Of a stretch of DNA of 64,000 nt, positions 29,768-38,536 are shown one piece after another (positions within the stretch are counted from its first letter, which is position 1; each line of letters begins with the position of its first letter). This DNA comes from an uncultured bacterium (GTDB taxonomy: Bacteria > Oederibacteriota > PGYV01 > CAWJRG01), in NCBI GenBank assembly GCA_963845185.1, contig CAWJRG010000005.1, positions 352,001 to 416,000 on the forward strand, written 5' to 3'. Both the position numbers and the translations under genes were made by a program. The notes beneath the pieces are model-generated. The model saw only the letters and a list, made by a program, of their open reading frames with translations. It was not told where the DNA came from and made no database searches.

Positions 29768-31079
29768 TCATTTCACACATGCCAGTTTGGCTATAACCCT
29801 GCTGTGTTCATTTAATTCCGTTATTGCTTCTATTTCATATATGTAAATTCCCGAAGCTATTGGCCTGCCGCTGTTATTGTGCCCGTCCCAGTAAAATTTA
29901 TTATATCCCTTGGTCCCTTGTATGCCACTTTTGGATAAAACAATTTCGCCGGAAACCGTGAATATCTTGAGAGTAACGGTCGCGTTCCTCGAAAGCCAGT
30001 AAATAATATTCACGTCGTTGTGAAAAATATTCGGGAATCCGCCTGTGAGTTTCAGCGGCACAGGAGTCTGGGTGAAAGTCGGGGTTATTGTGTAGGTCGG
30101 TGTTATTGACGGAGTCGGGCTTATGGTAGATGTAGGTGTGTTAGTGGCACTTATGGTTGGCGTGGCAAGTAGCACTCCCTGATTTAATCCATAATAAGTA
30201 ATCCATGTCAAGCTCTGGCCTGCCGGCAAAGGATATTCTGCTGTTTAATCCTCCGCCTTTACCGTCCGTCCACCATAATTCAACAGCGCTATCAATACCT
30301 ATCCCGCTGCCTGCTGTTATAAGAGACCACGGAGTGGTAGAATTAAGCATATCTGTCATATCAGGCCAGTTACCAACAATAAAAATATCCGGTTCGGTCG
30401 CAGGGTCGTCATAAGGATTGTTATATAAATGCCCTCTTCCTACAAGATTTGGAGTACCGGTTTTAGGGTCTTTGTCATAATCCCACCAGTCCGGAGGCAT
30501 AACCATTGATTTATAAAATATCTTATTGGTTGTTACTGTTGAAAGCGCATCATCCGTAGATATATTAGCGCCATCATTACCGTTCACCATGGTGTCAATC
30601 ATAAACATTAAAGAAACGCTGTGATATGAGGATGTTATATTTGTAGCTATGAGTTCGTATTCGACGGTATCAGCATTAATGCCGGTCGAAGGGTTGTTCA
30701 CAAATTTATAGTGCAATTGAAAGTCAATTGTGCCATTTACTCTTTTCGTACCCCCTATTTCATTGCCATTATTTGTAATGCTATTCACTACAGGCTCACC
30801 TTCAACATCATATGCGTAAGATGGATTTGGTAAACCGTCGATATTTAAATAAATATAACTTGTATAGTCGTTGCCGTATGTGGAACATTCGGTTTCATAC
30901 CAATAAGATAAAGTTGCGTTTGGCAGAGAAGTATAATATTGCGATGTCCCAATGCAGGACAGCAAGTCAAAATCGTCAACATTCAGGCCCAGATAATTGT
31001 TTTGCATGCAAACTATGGCATAAATGCATGAATTGCCTGCAATTAACGCCGCTATCAGAAATAGCATTATTTTTTTCAC
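29768..31079 (-). pseudogene. secreted protein with Thr-rich linker and FlgD-like C-terminal domain, split by an apparent 1-nt frameshift near 30245
   Basis: ORF 30141-31079 has a signal peptide; overlapping frame 29768-30244 has a TPT linker and WDG.N.SG...ASGIY. Confidence 0.75.
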
Positions 31080-31242
31080 TAAAAGCCCCTTTTATTTATA
31101 TTTTTCTCTCACCACAAATAAGTATATCATTATTTTTTTTATTTTTCAATTTTTATATAATAAGAATTATATCTGCGGAAATGGCATGAAAAGGAACCCC
31201 ATTTATAGCAGTCAGCGGATTTCTTTTCTGAAAAAATTTCTC

Positions 31243-33198
31243 TTACCTGTTATTATCAGTGATTCCCGGCCAGTCATCCGTGCGGAAAGGCGAGGCTGCC
31301 AGGCCTTCTTTATTATATAAATTACACTCCGGGTTGTCTGCCCAGGCATATCTCACGGCTTTCGGATCTTTTATATCGTCGTTACATACAACCACAGTAT
31401 TGTCTTTCATCTCTGCCTTTGCCCATTTGAACTGCCTGTCATCTCCTGCAATAGCAAAACCTTTCAAATCGCCGTCTTTTGCCGTAAGGCCTGAGCCTGT
31501 GTTTGTAAATGTAATTATGACCTTATTCTTGTCAATTGACATTGACTTGAAAATTGGGCCTGTTACCGGCCCCTGCTTGCCGTAAGCTATGACCATTGCA
31601 GCGTTTGCCAGCCTGCCTGCTATTGGCTTTTTTATGCGGGGGTGAATATCATTTTCGTCTCCGATATTTATTGAAGAAACAACAGCGGTATTGGAGAGCC
31701 CCAACGCTTCAAGCTGCGCCTCGCGCAGCTCTGCCCAAGCGCTCTCGCCAGGCACTGACTTGCGCGCCATATAATTCGGGAGCTGTACAACTATAAACGG
31801 GAAGTCCCCTTCTACCCATGCCCCGCGCCAGCTTTTTATCATTGCAGGAAGCAGGGTTTTATACTGCGCCGCACGGTCAGCGTTTGTCTCGCCCTGGTAC
31901 CATATAACGCCTTTTATTTTGAATTTTGTGAAAGGCGCAACCATGCCGTCATAAAGAGACGACGGCAGCTCGACCGTGGCTGACTTTATATTAAACTGGA
32001 ACTGTTTTATAGCGTTCTGGGTAAAAGGCTTTGACACACCCCAGCCGCCCTGTTTGAACGCGGACAAAGGTATGCTTATGTCCTTCCATGCTTTTTCCGC
32101 GTCGTAATCAGGCGACGAATAGTAATCGTAATCTGTTATGGTGTTCTGGTCCAGCGAAACTGAAAACTTACCCATGCCACGCACCTTAAAAATAATTTTA
32201 TCATAAGCCGACAAATCCGTTTCCCGGCTGTTATTTAACACCGTGCCAGCGCCTGCCCATGCGTTAAAGCCCATGATGCCGGATAAATCGCCGGCCTTAC
32301 CCGTGCTTTTGAATTCAGCAGTTGAGCCTGGTTTTGCCCAGGTGGTACAGGTGCCGCCGAACGTCCCCTGCACTGACTGGTCCACTTTTACATACGCCGG
32401 CTCTGCCTTGCCGGTTAATGAGAAAAACCGTATATCCTTAACCTCTATTTTATAATTCATGCCTTTGCCGTAGTTCCAGTTTTTCCAGTCAAATACAGGG
32501 TTTGCCTTCCACCTGTCCATTATCGGCTCTGTCACCGGATTGCCCTTAAGCAGGCTCTCGTCCATCCATATCTCTATCGGCGTCCCGCCCCAGGACGAGT
32601 CTATCAGGCCTATTGGCACGTTTAGTTCTTTCTGCAAATCGCTGCCGAAAAAGTAAGCCACAGCCGAAAAATTTCCCGCGTTTTCCGCGTCGCATACGGT
32701 CCATGCCCCGCCTGCGTCTTTTGCAGGCTTTGGCAGCGCTATCTGCTCCTGCAAAAAAAGCCTTATATTGGGGTTTGCCTTGAAATTTTTCAGTTCTTCC
32801 ATGCCGTCTATTGCATGCATGAGCTGCCATTCCATGTTTGACTGGCCAGAGCAGAACCACACGTCCCCTGAAAGCACATCCTTAAAAGTCATTGTATCGT
32901 CCTTGCCTTTAATTGTCATTTCATACGGACCGCCTGCTTTTATTGGCTGCAGTTCCGCGGCCCACGAATCGTCCTTGCCTGCCTTTGCCGAAACTGTCTG
33001 GCCTGCAATTTCCACTGTAATTGCTTCGCCCCAGCCGGCATCTCCGAATATAGTCAGCGGCATGTCCCTCTGGAGCACCATATGGTCGCCGAATACTGAC
33101 GCTGGTTTTAATTTGTCTTTCTGCTTCGAAGCAAATGCGTATAAAACAAACAAGAAAAGAACCAATAAACAAAGAACGCAAATTTTCGTTATGTTCAT
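31243..33198 (-). CDS. sialate O-acetylesterase (SASA) family protein with inserted CBM11/CIA30-like domain
   Basis: DHMVLQR, GDVWFCSGQSNM, WGGT.IE.W, WYQGE.N, DIHP and VRYAW motifs. Confidence 0.9.
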   Translation of the reverse strand: MNITKICVLCLLVLFLFVLYAFASKQKDKLKPASVFGDHMVLQRDMPLTIFGDAGWGEAITVEIAGQTVSAKAGKDDSWAAELQPIKAGGPYEMTIKGKDDTMTFKDVLSGDVWFCSGQSNMEWQLMHAIDGMEELKNFKANPNIRLFLQEQIALPKPAKDAGGAWTVCDAENAGNFSAVAYFFGSDLQKELNVPIGLIDSSWGGTPIEIWMDESLLKGNPVTEPIMDRWKANPVFDWKNWNYGKGMNYKIEVKDIRFFSLTGKAEPAYVKVDQSVQGTFGGTCTTWAKPGSTAEFKSTGKAGDLSGIMGFNAWAGAGTVLNNSRETDLSAYDKIIFKVRGMGKFSVSLDQNTITDYDYYSSPDYDAEKAWKDISIPLSAFKQGGWGVSKPFTQNAIKQFQFNIKSATVELPSSLYDGMVAPFTKFKIKGVIWYQGETNADRAAQYKTLLPAMIKSWRGAWVEGDFPFIVVQLPNYMARKSVPGESAWAELREAQLEALGLSNTAVVSSINIGDENDIHPRIKKPIAGRLANAAMVIAYGKQGPVTGPIFKSMSIDKNKVIITFTNTGSGLTAKDGDLKGFAIAGDDRQFKWAKAEMKDNTVVVCNDDIKDPKAVRYAWADNPECNLYNKEGLAASPFRTDDWPGITDNNR

Positions 33199-33285
33199 GA
33201 TAACCTCCATTAAATAATTTTCAAGTAGAACCCCGCCGGGAGTAGCAAGGGGATTTCTTTCTGAATAAATTGATAATTTTAACTG

Positions 33286-33918
33286 CTACGGTCCCTTTTG
33301 CCATATTTTATATGAATACACCGTTGCTATTAATAAAGGCAAAAGAATTGCAACCATTATGAAATAGAACGAGTTTTGTTCAAAAAATATGCTTAAAACA
33401 CATAATGGAGAAAATGCCTTAATCAGTGTCCCGGCGAACTTGTGTGTCTTTTCCCACACTTCATCACTGCTTAATGTCCATGGTGTTCTTATGCCTATAA
33501 AAAAGTTTCTCTTTGTTTTCTCAATAAGCACCCCCATAAAAAATACAAGCAGGGCGAATGCGGGCCCCAGGAAAAAATTTATTTTCACGCGGATACCCAG
33601 GTTCCAAAGCAAGACAAAAACGAATATTGCGGTTAAAAACATTTGGCACATTATGGCAAACCAGTAATAATATTCTATAAATTTATTTATGTTTTCTTTT
33701 AACGGATCTATCCTCGGAATTGCTGTAAAAACAAGCGCTATGATAAGCATCATAACCGGTATGATAAAAATCCCGATTTCCTTGGGCATGTAGCCGTTCA
33801 CTTTGCCCTTAATGTCCCAGTGCGATGCCATACTGGCAGGTAAAGACGGAAACAAAATAATTGCCGCTCCGAAGCATGTTGCCACTATCAGAAATATTAT
33901 TAACTCGCCTCTTTTCAA
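33286..33918 (-). CDS. DUF1648/SdpI-family membrane protein
   Basis: HW...G..NGY and N.FIGIRTPWTLSS.EVW.KTH motifs. Confidence 0.88.
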   Translation of the reverse strand: MKRGELIIFLIVATCFGAAIILFPSLPASMASHWDIKGKVNGYMPKEIGIFIIPVMMLIIALVFTAIPRIDPLKENINKFIEYYYWFAIMCQMFLTAIFVFVLLWNLGIRVKINFFLGPAFALLVFFMGVLIEKTKRNFFIGIRTPWTLSSDEVWEKTHKFAGTLIKAFSPLCVLSIFFEQNSFYFIMVAILLPLLIATVYSYKIWQKGP

Positions 33919-34085
33919 AAATGCCTCCTTATATTGCCTCCGCGTTCTTAAGGAAATTTCAAAATATATCCGGCACTATAACTTACAGGCTGAGAGCTAT
34001 AAAAAAAACAGGGGCAATTTTTCAATTGCCCCTGTGTACTTATTATATAGACGGCCTCGTTTTGCAGGCCGTTTATAAATAAAAT

Positions 34086-34355
34086 TTAGAACCTTCTGTT
34101 GTCGCGTCTGTTGCCTTTTTCTCTCGGTGGTCTTGCTTCATCGATTTTCAAAGGCCTGCCTTTGAGATCCTTGCCGTTAAGCTCGGCTTTCGCCTTCTCA
34201 GCGTCGGCCGGAGTGCCCATTTCGACAAATCCGAATCCCTTGCCTTCGATGAGTGTAACTTCTTTCACTTCACCGTAAGGGGCAAACAACTCCTGAATCT
34301 CTTCTTTCGTTGTAGAATAGTTGAGATTCCCTACATAAAGTTTGCTGCCTTGCAT
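34086..34355 (-). CDS. RRM RNA-binding protein
   Basis: KLYVGNL (RNP2) and KGFGFVEM (RNP1); AAGGAGG RBS before ATG 34355; two hairpins downstream. Confidence 0.93.
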   Translation of the reverse strand: MQGSKLYVGNLNYSTTKEEIQELFAPYGEVKEVTLIEGKGFGFVEMGTPADAEKAKAELNGKDLKGRPLKIDEARPPREKGNRRDNRRF

Positions 34356-34705
34356 ATTCTGTTCCTCCTTTTTCTCTTCATTCAATGATAGTCCTTTTGG
34401 AGGTTATGCAAAACAACGCACATAGCCCTAAAGGCATACTGAACAAAGGTTTCTCAGGCTTATATACCTGATCTTTCATTGAAACGAATTATACCATAAT
34501 AATTGTTTTTTGCAAAGCCTATTTTTTATTTTTCTGCTTCCGTTATCAATTACTTCCATTATTTTGTTGAATTCTTCCCTACACTTGTGTTTTAAAGCCC
34601 TTATATCAGGCTTTAAATAGAAAAATTAAGCTGCTTATATTTTTATATAAACCTTTTTGCCTTCTGATCCGTCTAATTATATATCTAAATACTAACGAAA
34701 GGAGT

Positions 34706-35319
34706 ATGCCAATGAAAGAAAAAGTTTCTAAAGCAAAGCTTTTAGTGTTCATTATGCTGCTGGCAGTTGTGTCATTTTGTTTTTCCAATACGCCGGTATA
34801 TGCCCGTGAAATCCATAGTGCGGTTCATAGCCAGGGTGTCGGAGGCCACAGCAGCTATGTATCACACTCGTACGGTAACCGTGGTTATAGTTACTCGCAT
34901 TATTACCATTCAGGCAGATGGCACGGCCGTGGATGGTTCGGTTTAGATTTTTCCTGGGTGTTCCTCCAATAGGCGCAGTAGTGCCATATCTGCCCTTTGG
35001 TTGCAGTCAAATAATAATAGGCGGGTTGCCTTATTATTTTTATGATGATACATATTTCACCGCGTGCCCTGTGGGTTATATTGTGGTGCCTGCTCCCGAT
35101 ACTGACGACTCTGCATCGGTGGTGGTCCCCGAGTCCAACCTTGCGTCTGCCTCCAATTCCGGAGAGGGCAGTACAATCATAATAAACATACCCAGCTCAA
35201 AAGGAAAGTTCAAGCCAATAAAACTTACTAAAAAAGACGGCGGTTATTTAGGCCCCCAGGGGGAATTTTATCCCGGACATCCTTCAGTCGCGCAGCTAAA
35301 AGCGCTGTACGGCGAATAA
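34706..35319 (+). pseudogene. secreted Gly/His/Tyr-rich hypothetical protein split by an apparent frameshift at the T-run 34948-34952
   Basis: Signal-peptide ORF 34706-34972 overlaps ORF 34918-35319 (PPIGAVV..LP.G...YY....Y...GY.VV.AP). Confidence 0.65.
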
Positions 35320-35334
35320 CAATAATTGCATAAT

Positions 35335-35372
35335 AAAAAAGCCCGCGCTGCAAAAAACGTGCGGGCTTTTTT
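35335..35372. terminator. bidirectional intrinsic terminator
   Basis: aaaaaagcccgc...gcgggctttttt between convergent genes. Confidence 0.85.
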
Positions 35373-35389
35373 ATTTTGCTTGGATTTGA

Positions 35390-35944
35390 TTAAACTTTAT
35401 CCTTTATCATGTCGTATAAATAAACAAGAAACCCTGCCGTAAAAGGCACAGTTATCACTTCGCCGACAAAAAATAATTTCACCCCTATAAGATTTACAAG
35501 AATAAGGCACAGCATTATTGTAAAATGTGCTGTAAAACCGTTTTTCATGACAACATTATAACTCAACCTTAACGATTCTCCAACCCCTTTTCCTGAATAA
35601 GCAAGGTAAAAAGGCGCATATATCCATACCGTCATTACAAACAAACCGGGTACTATTAAAATCATTCCTAGCAAAGCAGTGAAAAATATAATCAGTCCTT
35701 GTGCCGATAAAAGCAATATTTCTGTCCTGTAAAAAAACAGCGATTCAAAGGTTTTGTTAACGGAAACTTTCTCGTTCCTTTGTATTTTTAAAAATATCAG
35801 CCCCAAACCCGTAAATAAAAACGGTATTAGCAGGCCAAGCGTCAATACGCTCAGGATAATTGCCACGAGGGATGCTCCAAATATTGTCGCCGGCTCCCTT
35901 TTTATCGCAGTAATTGTTTCTTTTATAGCCTTATTTATTTCCAC
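35390..35944 (-). CDS. hypothetical integral membrane protein
   Basis: Four hydrophobic segments; overlaps the ribF stop. Confidence 0.7.
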   Translation of the reverse strand: MEINKAIKETITAIKREPATIFGASLVAIILSVLTLGLLIPFLFTGLGLIFLKIQRNEKVSVNKTFESLFFYRTEILLLSAQGLIIFFTALLGMILIVPGLFVMTVWIYAPFYLAYSGKGVGESLRLSYNVVMKNGFTAHFTIMLCLILVNLIGVKLFFVGEVITVPFTAGFLVYLYDMIKDKV

Positions 35945-36870
35945 TTTTCACCATTGAAATTTTCCCGGATAAAACTTATATCCCGCCTTACCTGTTTTAC
36001 AAGCGCATCCCTGCTTTCGAATTTTTTCTCGTCACGTATTCTGCACAGAAACCTTATTTTAATCCTCCTGCCATATATTTTTTTATGGAGCCCCATTATA
36101 AAAACCTCAATTGTAGGCTTTATTTCGCGTTTTAACGTTGGCGCAAAACCTATGTTTGCCGCACCCGGAAAGCTTTTTCCGCCGTAATTCACAAGCGTGG
36201 CCCACACGCCTCTTGCCGGTATTTCTTCGTACTCGATCTTTATATTCGCCGTCGGAAAGCCAAGCTTGTATCCAATGTGCCTGCCGTGAATTACCTTACC
36301 CTCTATTTCGTATTTATGCCCAAGCATTCTTTCAGCCGTTTTTATGTCGCCTTTTTTAAGATAATGCCTTATTGCCTGGCTGCTGACTTTTTCATTATTT
36401 ATTCTGACGTCTTTTATCAAATTGACTTTAAATCCGTATTTTATTGACATTTTTTTTAAAAATTTTACATCCCCCTTGCCTTGCCTGCCGAAAATAAAAT
36501 CCGTACCAACTGTGATATATTTCATTTTAAACTTTTTTACAAGGACTTCTTTGATGAATTTTCCAGCTTCAATTCCAGCAACTTTTTTAAAATCCAGGAC
36601 AACTATAAAATCGGCTTTATATTTTCCCAGTATTTTTATTCTGTCCCCGAGATTTTTTATGAATTTCAAATCTTTTGTTTTCATAAGGTAGGTATCCGGG
36701 TGCTGTTTAAAGGTAATAATTATGCTCTGCCCCTTGTTCTTTTTAGCCCATTTTTTTATGCTTTCGATAAGCCTGGCGTGCCCTAAATGTACACCGTCAA
36801 ATACACCCATGGTAATTGCGGATTTTTTTATCCCCCCAGGAATCTTTCTTAAAGAATTTATTATCTTCAT
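35935..36870 (-). CDS. ribF: bifunctional riboflavin kinase/FAD synthetase
   Basis: GVFDGVHLGH, VSS..IR, LGFPTAN and IRDEKKF motifs. Confidence 0.95.
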   Translation of the reverse strand: MKIINSLRKIPGGIKKSAITMGVFDGVHLGHARLIESIKKWAKKNKGQSIIITFKQHPDTYLMKTKDLKFIKNLGDRIKILGKYKADFIVVLDFKKVAGIEAGKFIKEVLVKKFKMKYITVGTDFIFGRQGKGDVKFLKKMSIKYGFKVNLIKDVRINNEKVSSQAIRHYLKKGDIKTAERMLGHKYEIEGKVIHGRHIGYKLGFPTANIKIEYEEIPARGVWATLVNYGGKSFPGAANIGFAPTLKREIKPTIEVFIMGLHKKIYGRRIKIRFLCRIRDEKKFESRDALVKQVRRDISFIRENFNGEKWK

Positions 36871-36875
36871 AGCGT

Positions 36876-37835
36876 TTATTTGAGCTGCCTTCTAACCTCT
36901 GCCAGCAGGAGTTTTTCAGCTTTCTTAATGGGGGTTTTTATCACGCAACCCGCTGCATGCTTGTGTCCGCCGCCTCCGAATTTGCGTGCGATTTTGTTTA
37001 CATCCGCGCCGTTTCTTGCCCTCAGGCTTGCTTTTGTAACGTTTTTTGCAGTTTCCTTAAAAAGGATTGCAACTTCCACTTCTTTTATGGAACGTATTGA
37101 ATTTATAAAATTATCGGTATCACTCTCGGCCGCGCCTGTTTCCCTGAACATTTTTTTCGTCAGGCGGCTCCATCCGATTTTATTCTGGATTTTTAAGCCT
37201 GCCAGCATTTTCATCAGCAGGGCCGTGCTGCTTTTCGTTGTTGAGTAAACTTCAAACGCGATTGCCTCCGGGTCGGCTCCGGCGCGTAAAAGCTCTGCCG
37301 CTATTATATGCACTCCCGGTGTTGTGTTTGAATACCTGAAAGAACCTGTATCGGTAATTATGGCAGTGTACAGGCACGAAGCTACGTCTTTGTCTATTTT
37401 CCATCCAAGCTTTTTCATGATTTCAAAAATTTGTACCCCGACTGCGGCCGCCCTGCTGTCAACTATATTCATATCCCCATACATGTCGTTGTCGGGATGA
37501 TGGTCAATATTTATGATATATTTTGCCTGTTTTTCGTAGTCTATTATACCGCCGTTTCTTGCCAGGTCCGGACACTCGAGAATTATAGCCACGTCGTAAC
37601 TGCCCTCGACTTTCTTTATATTTTTGATTTTATTACTTTTGGGAAGGAATTGATAAATTGCCGGCATCGAATCCCTGTTTATAAAATCAACCCTCTTTTT
37701 CATTTTTAACAGCTTATTAATAAGGGCAAGGCCCGTGCCTATGCCGTCGCCATCTGGGTTCAGATGTGTTGTTATTAATATTTTTTTGGCGCTCTTTATT
37801 ATTTTTCCCAGCAGTTTTACCTTGTTGTCTGTCAT
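36876..37835 (-). CDS. nrnA: DHH/DHHA1 phosphoesterase (NrnA-like)
   Basis: HLNPDGD, IDHH, TDTGSF and GGGGH motifs. Confidence 0.9.
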   Translation of the reverse strand: MTDNKVKLLGKIIKSAKKILITTHLNPDGDGIGTGLALINKLLKMKKRVDFINRDSMPAIYQFLPKSNKIKNIKKVEGSYDVAIILECPDLARNGGIIDYEKQAKYIINIDHHPDNDMYGDMNIVDSRAAAVGVQIFEIMKKLGWKIDKDVASCLYTAIITDTGSFRYSNTTPGVHIIAAELLRAGADPEAIAFEVYSTTKSSTALLMKMLAGLKIQNKIGWSRLTKKMFRETGAAESDTDNFINSIRSIKEVEVAILFKETAKNVTKASLRARNGADVNKIARKFGGGGHKHAAGCVIKTPIKKAEKLLLAEVRRQLK

Positions 37836-38188
37836 TTTCCCTGCCTCTCGTCTTGAATAGTTTTTAACAATCGCATTATTCTTTCCCGCTCTTCCATGGT
37901 ATCATCGATTTTAAATATGATTTCAGGCGTATACCGCAGTTTTATTACACCACCCACTTCTTTTCTTATGAACCCGGCCGCGCTTTTCAATCCTTCCATG
38001 TTTTTTTCTTTTGCTTCCGGGTCGCCCATGATACTCACATAAACGTGCGCAATGCGCAGGTCTTTTGTCAGGCTCACGTGCGTTACACTTACAAAAGTTA
38101 TTCTGGGGTCTTTTAATTCGCGCAGGATTAACGTGCTTATTTCTTTTTTTATTGCGCTTTCCACCCGCTGTTTCCTTATATTATTCAT
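37832..38188 (-). CDS. rbfA: ribosome-binding factor A
   Basis: KDPR, DL..A.VY and LRYTPE motifs; operon position. Confidence 0.95.
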   Translation of the reverse strand: MNNIRKQRVESAIKKEISTLILRELKDPRITFVSVTHVSLTKDLRIAHVYVSIMGDPEAKEKNMEGLKSAAGFIRKEVGGVIKLRYTPEIIFKIDDTMEERERIMRLLKTIQDERQGK

Positions 38189-38251
38189 AGTTGTTTCCTT
38201 GGCTGTCAAAATAATTATCTGCAGAAACTACCCGGCGGGCCGTCTCTGCTT

Positions 38252-38536
38252 TTACATTATTTCAAACTCATCGTTCAGTATTTCAAATCCGCTTTTGTTT
38301 TCCTCGATATGGTCTATTATTTTGTCAAAGGTGCTGTTAATCAGCCGCGCGTCCTCGCTTATGCATGCCATTGCGATGACGCTTCGCTGCCATTTATCCT
38401 GATATTCGGCTTCAATTATTGATATATTGAATCGTTTCCTTAACTTATCTTTTAGCTGCTGTATTATGAACCTTTTTTGCTTTAAGGAATGTGTCTCGTG
38501 TAAAAAAAGCTCGATTTTAAGTATCCCGACCCTCAT
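38252..38536 (-). CDS. DUF503 (YlxP-like) protein
   Basis: SLKQKR...FN.S..E...QD.WQR; lies between infB and rbfA. Confidence 0.9.
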   Translation of the reverse strand: MRVGILKIELFLHETHSLKQKRFIIQQLKDKLRKRFNISIIEAEYQDKWQRSVIAMACISEDARLINSTFDKIIDHIEENKSGFEILNDEFEIM

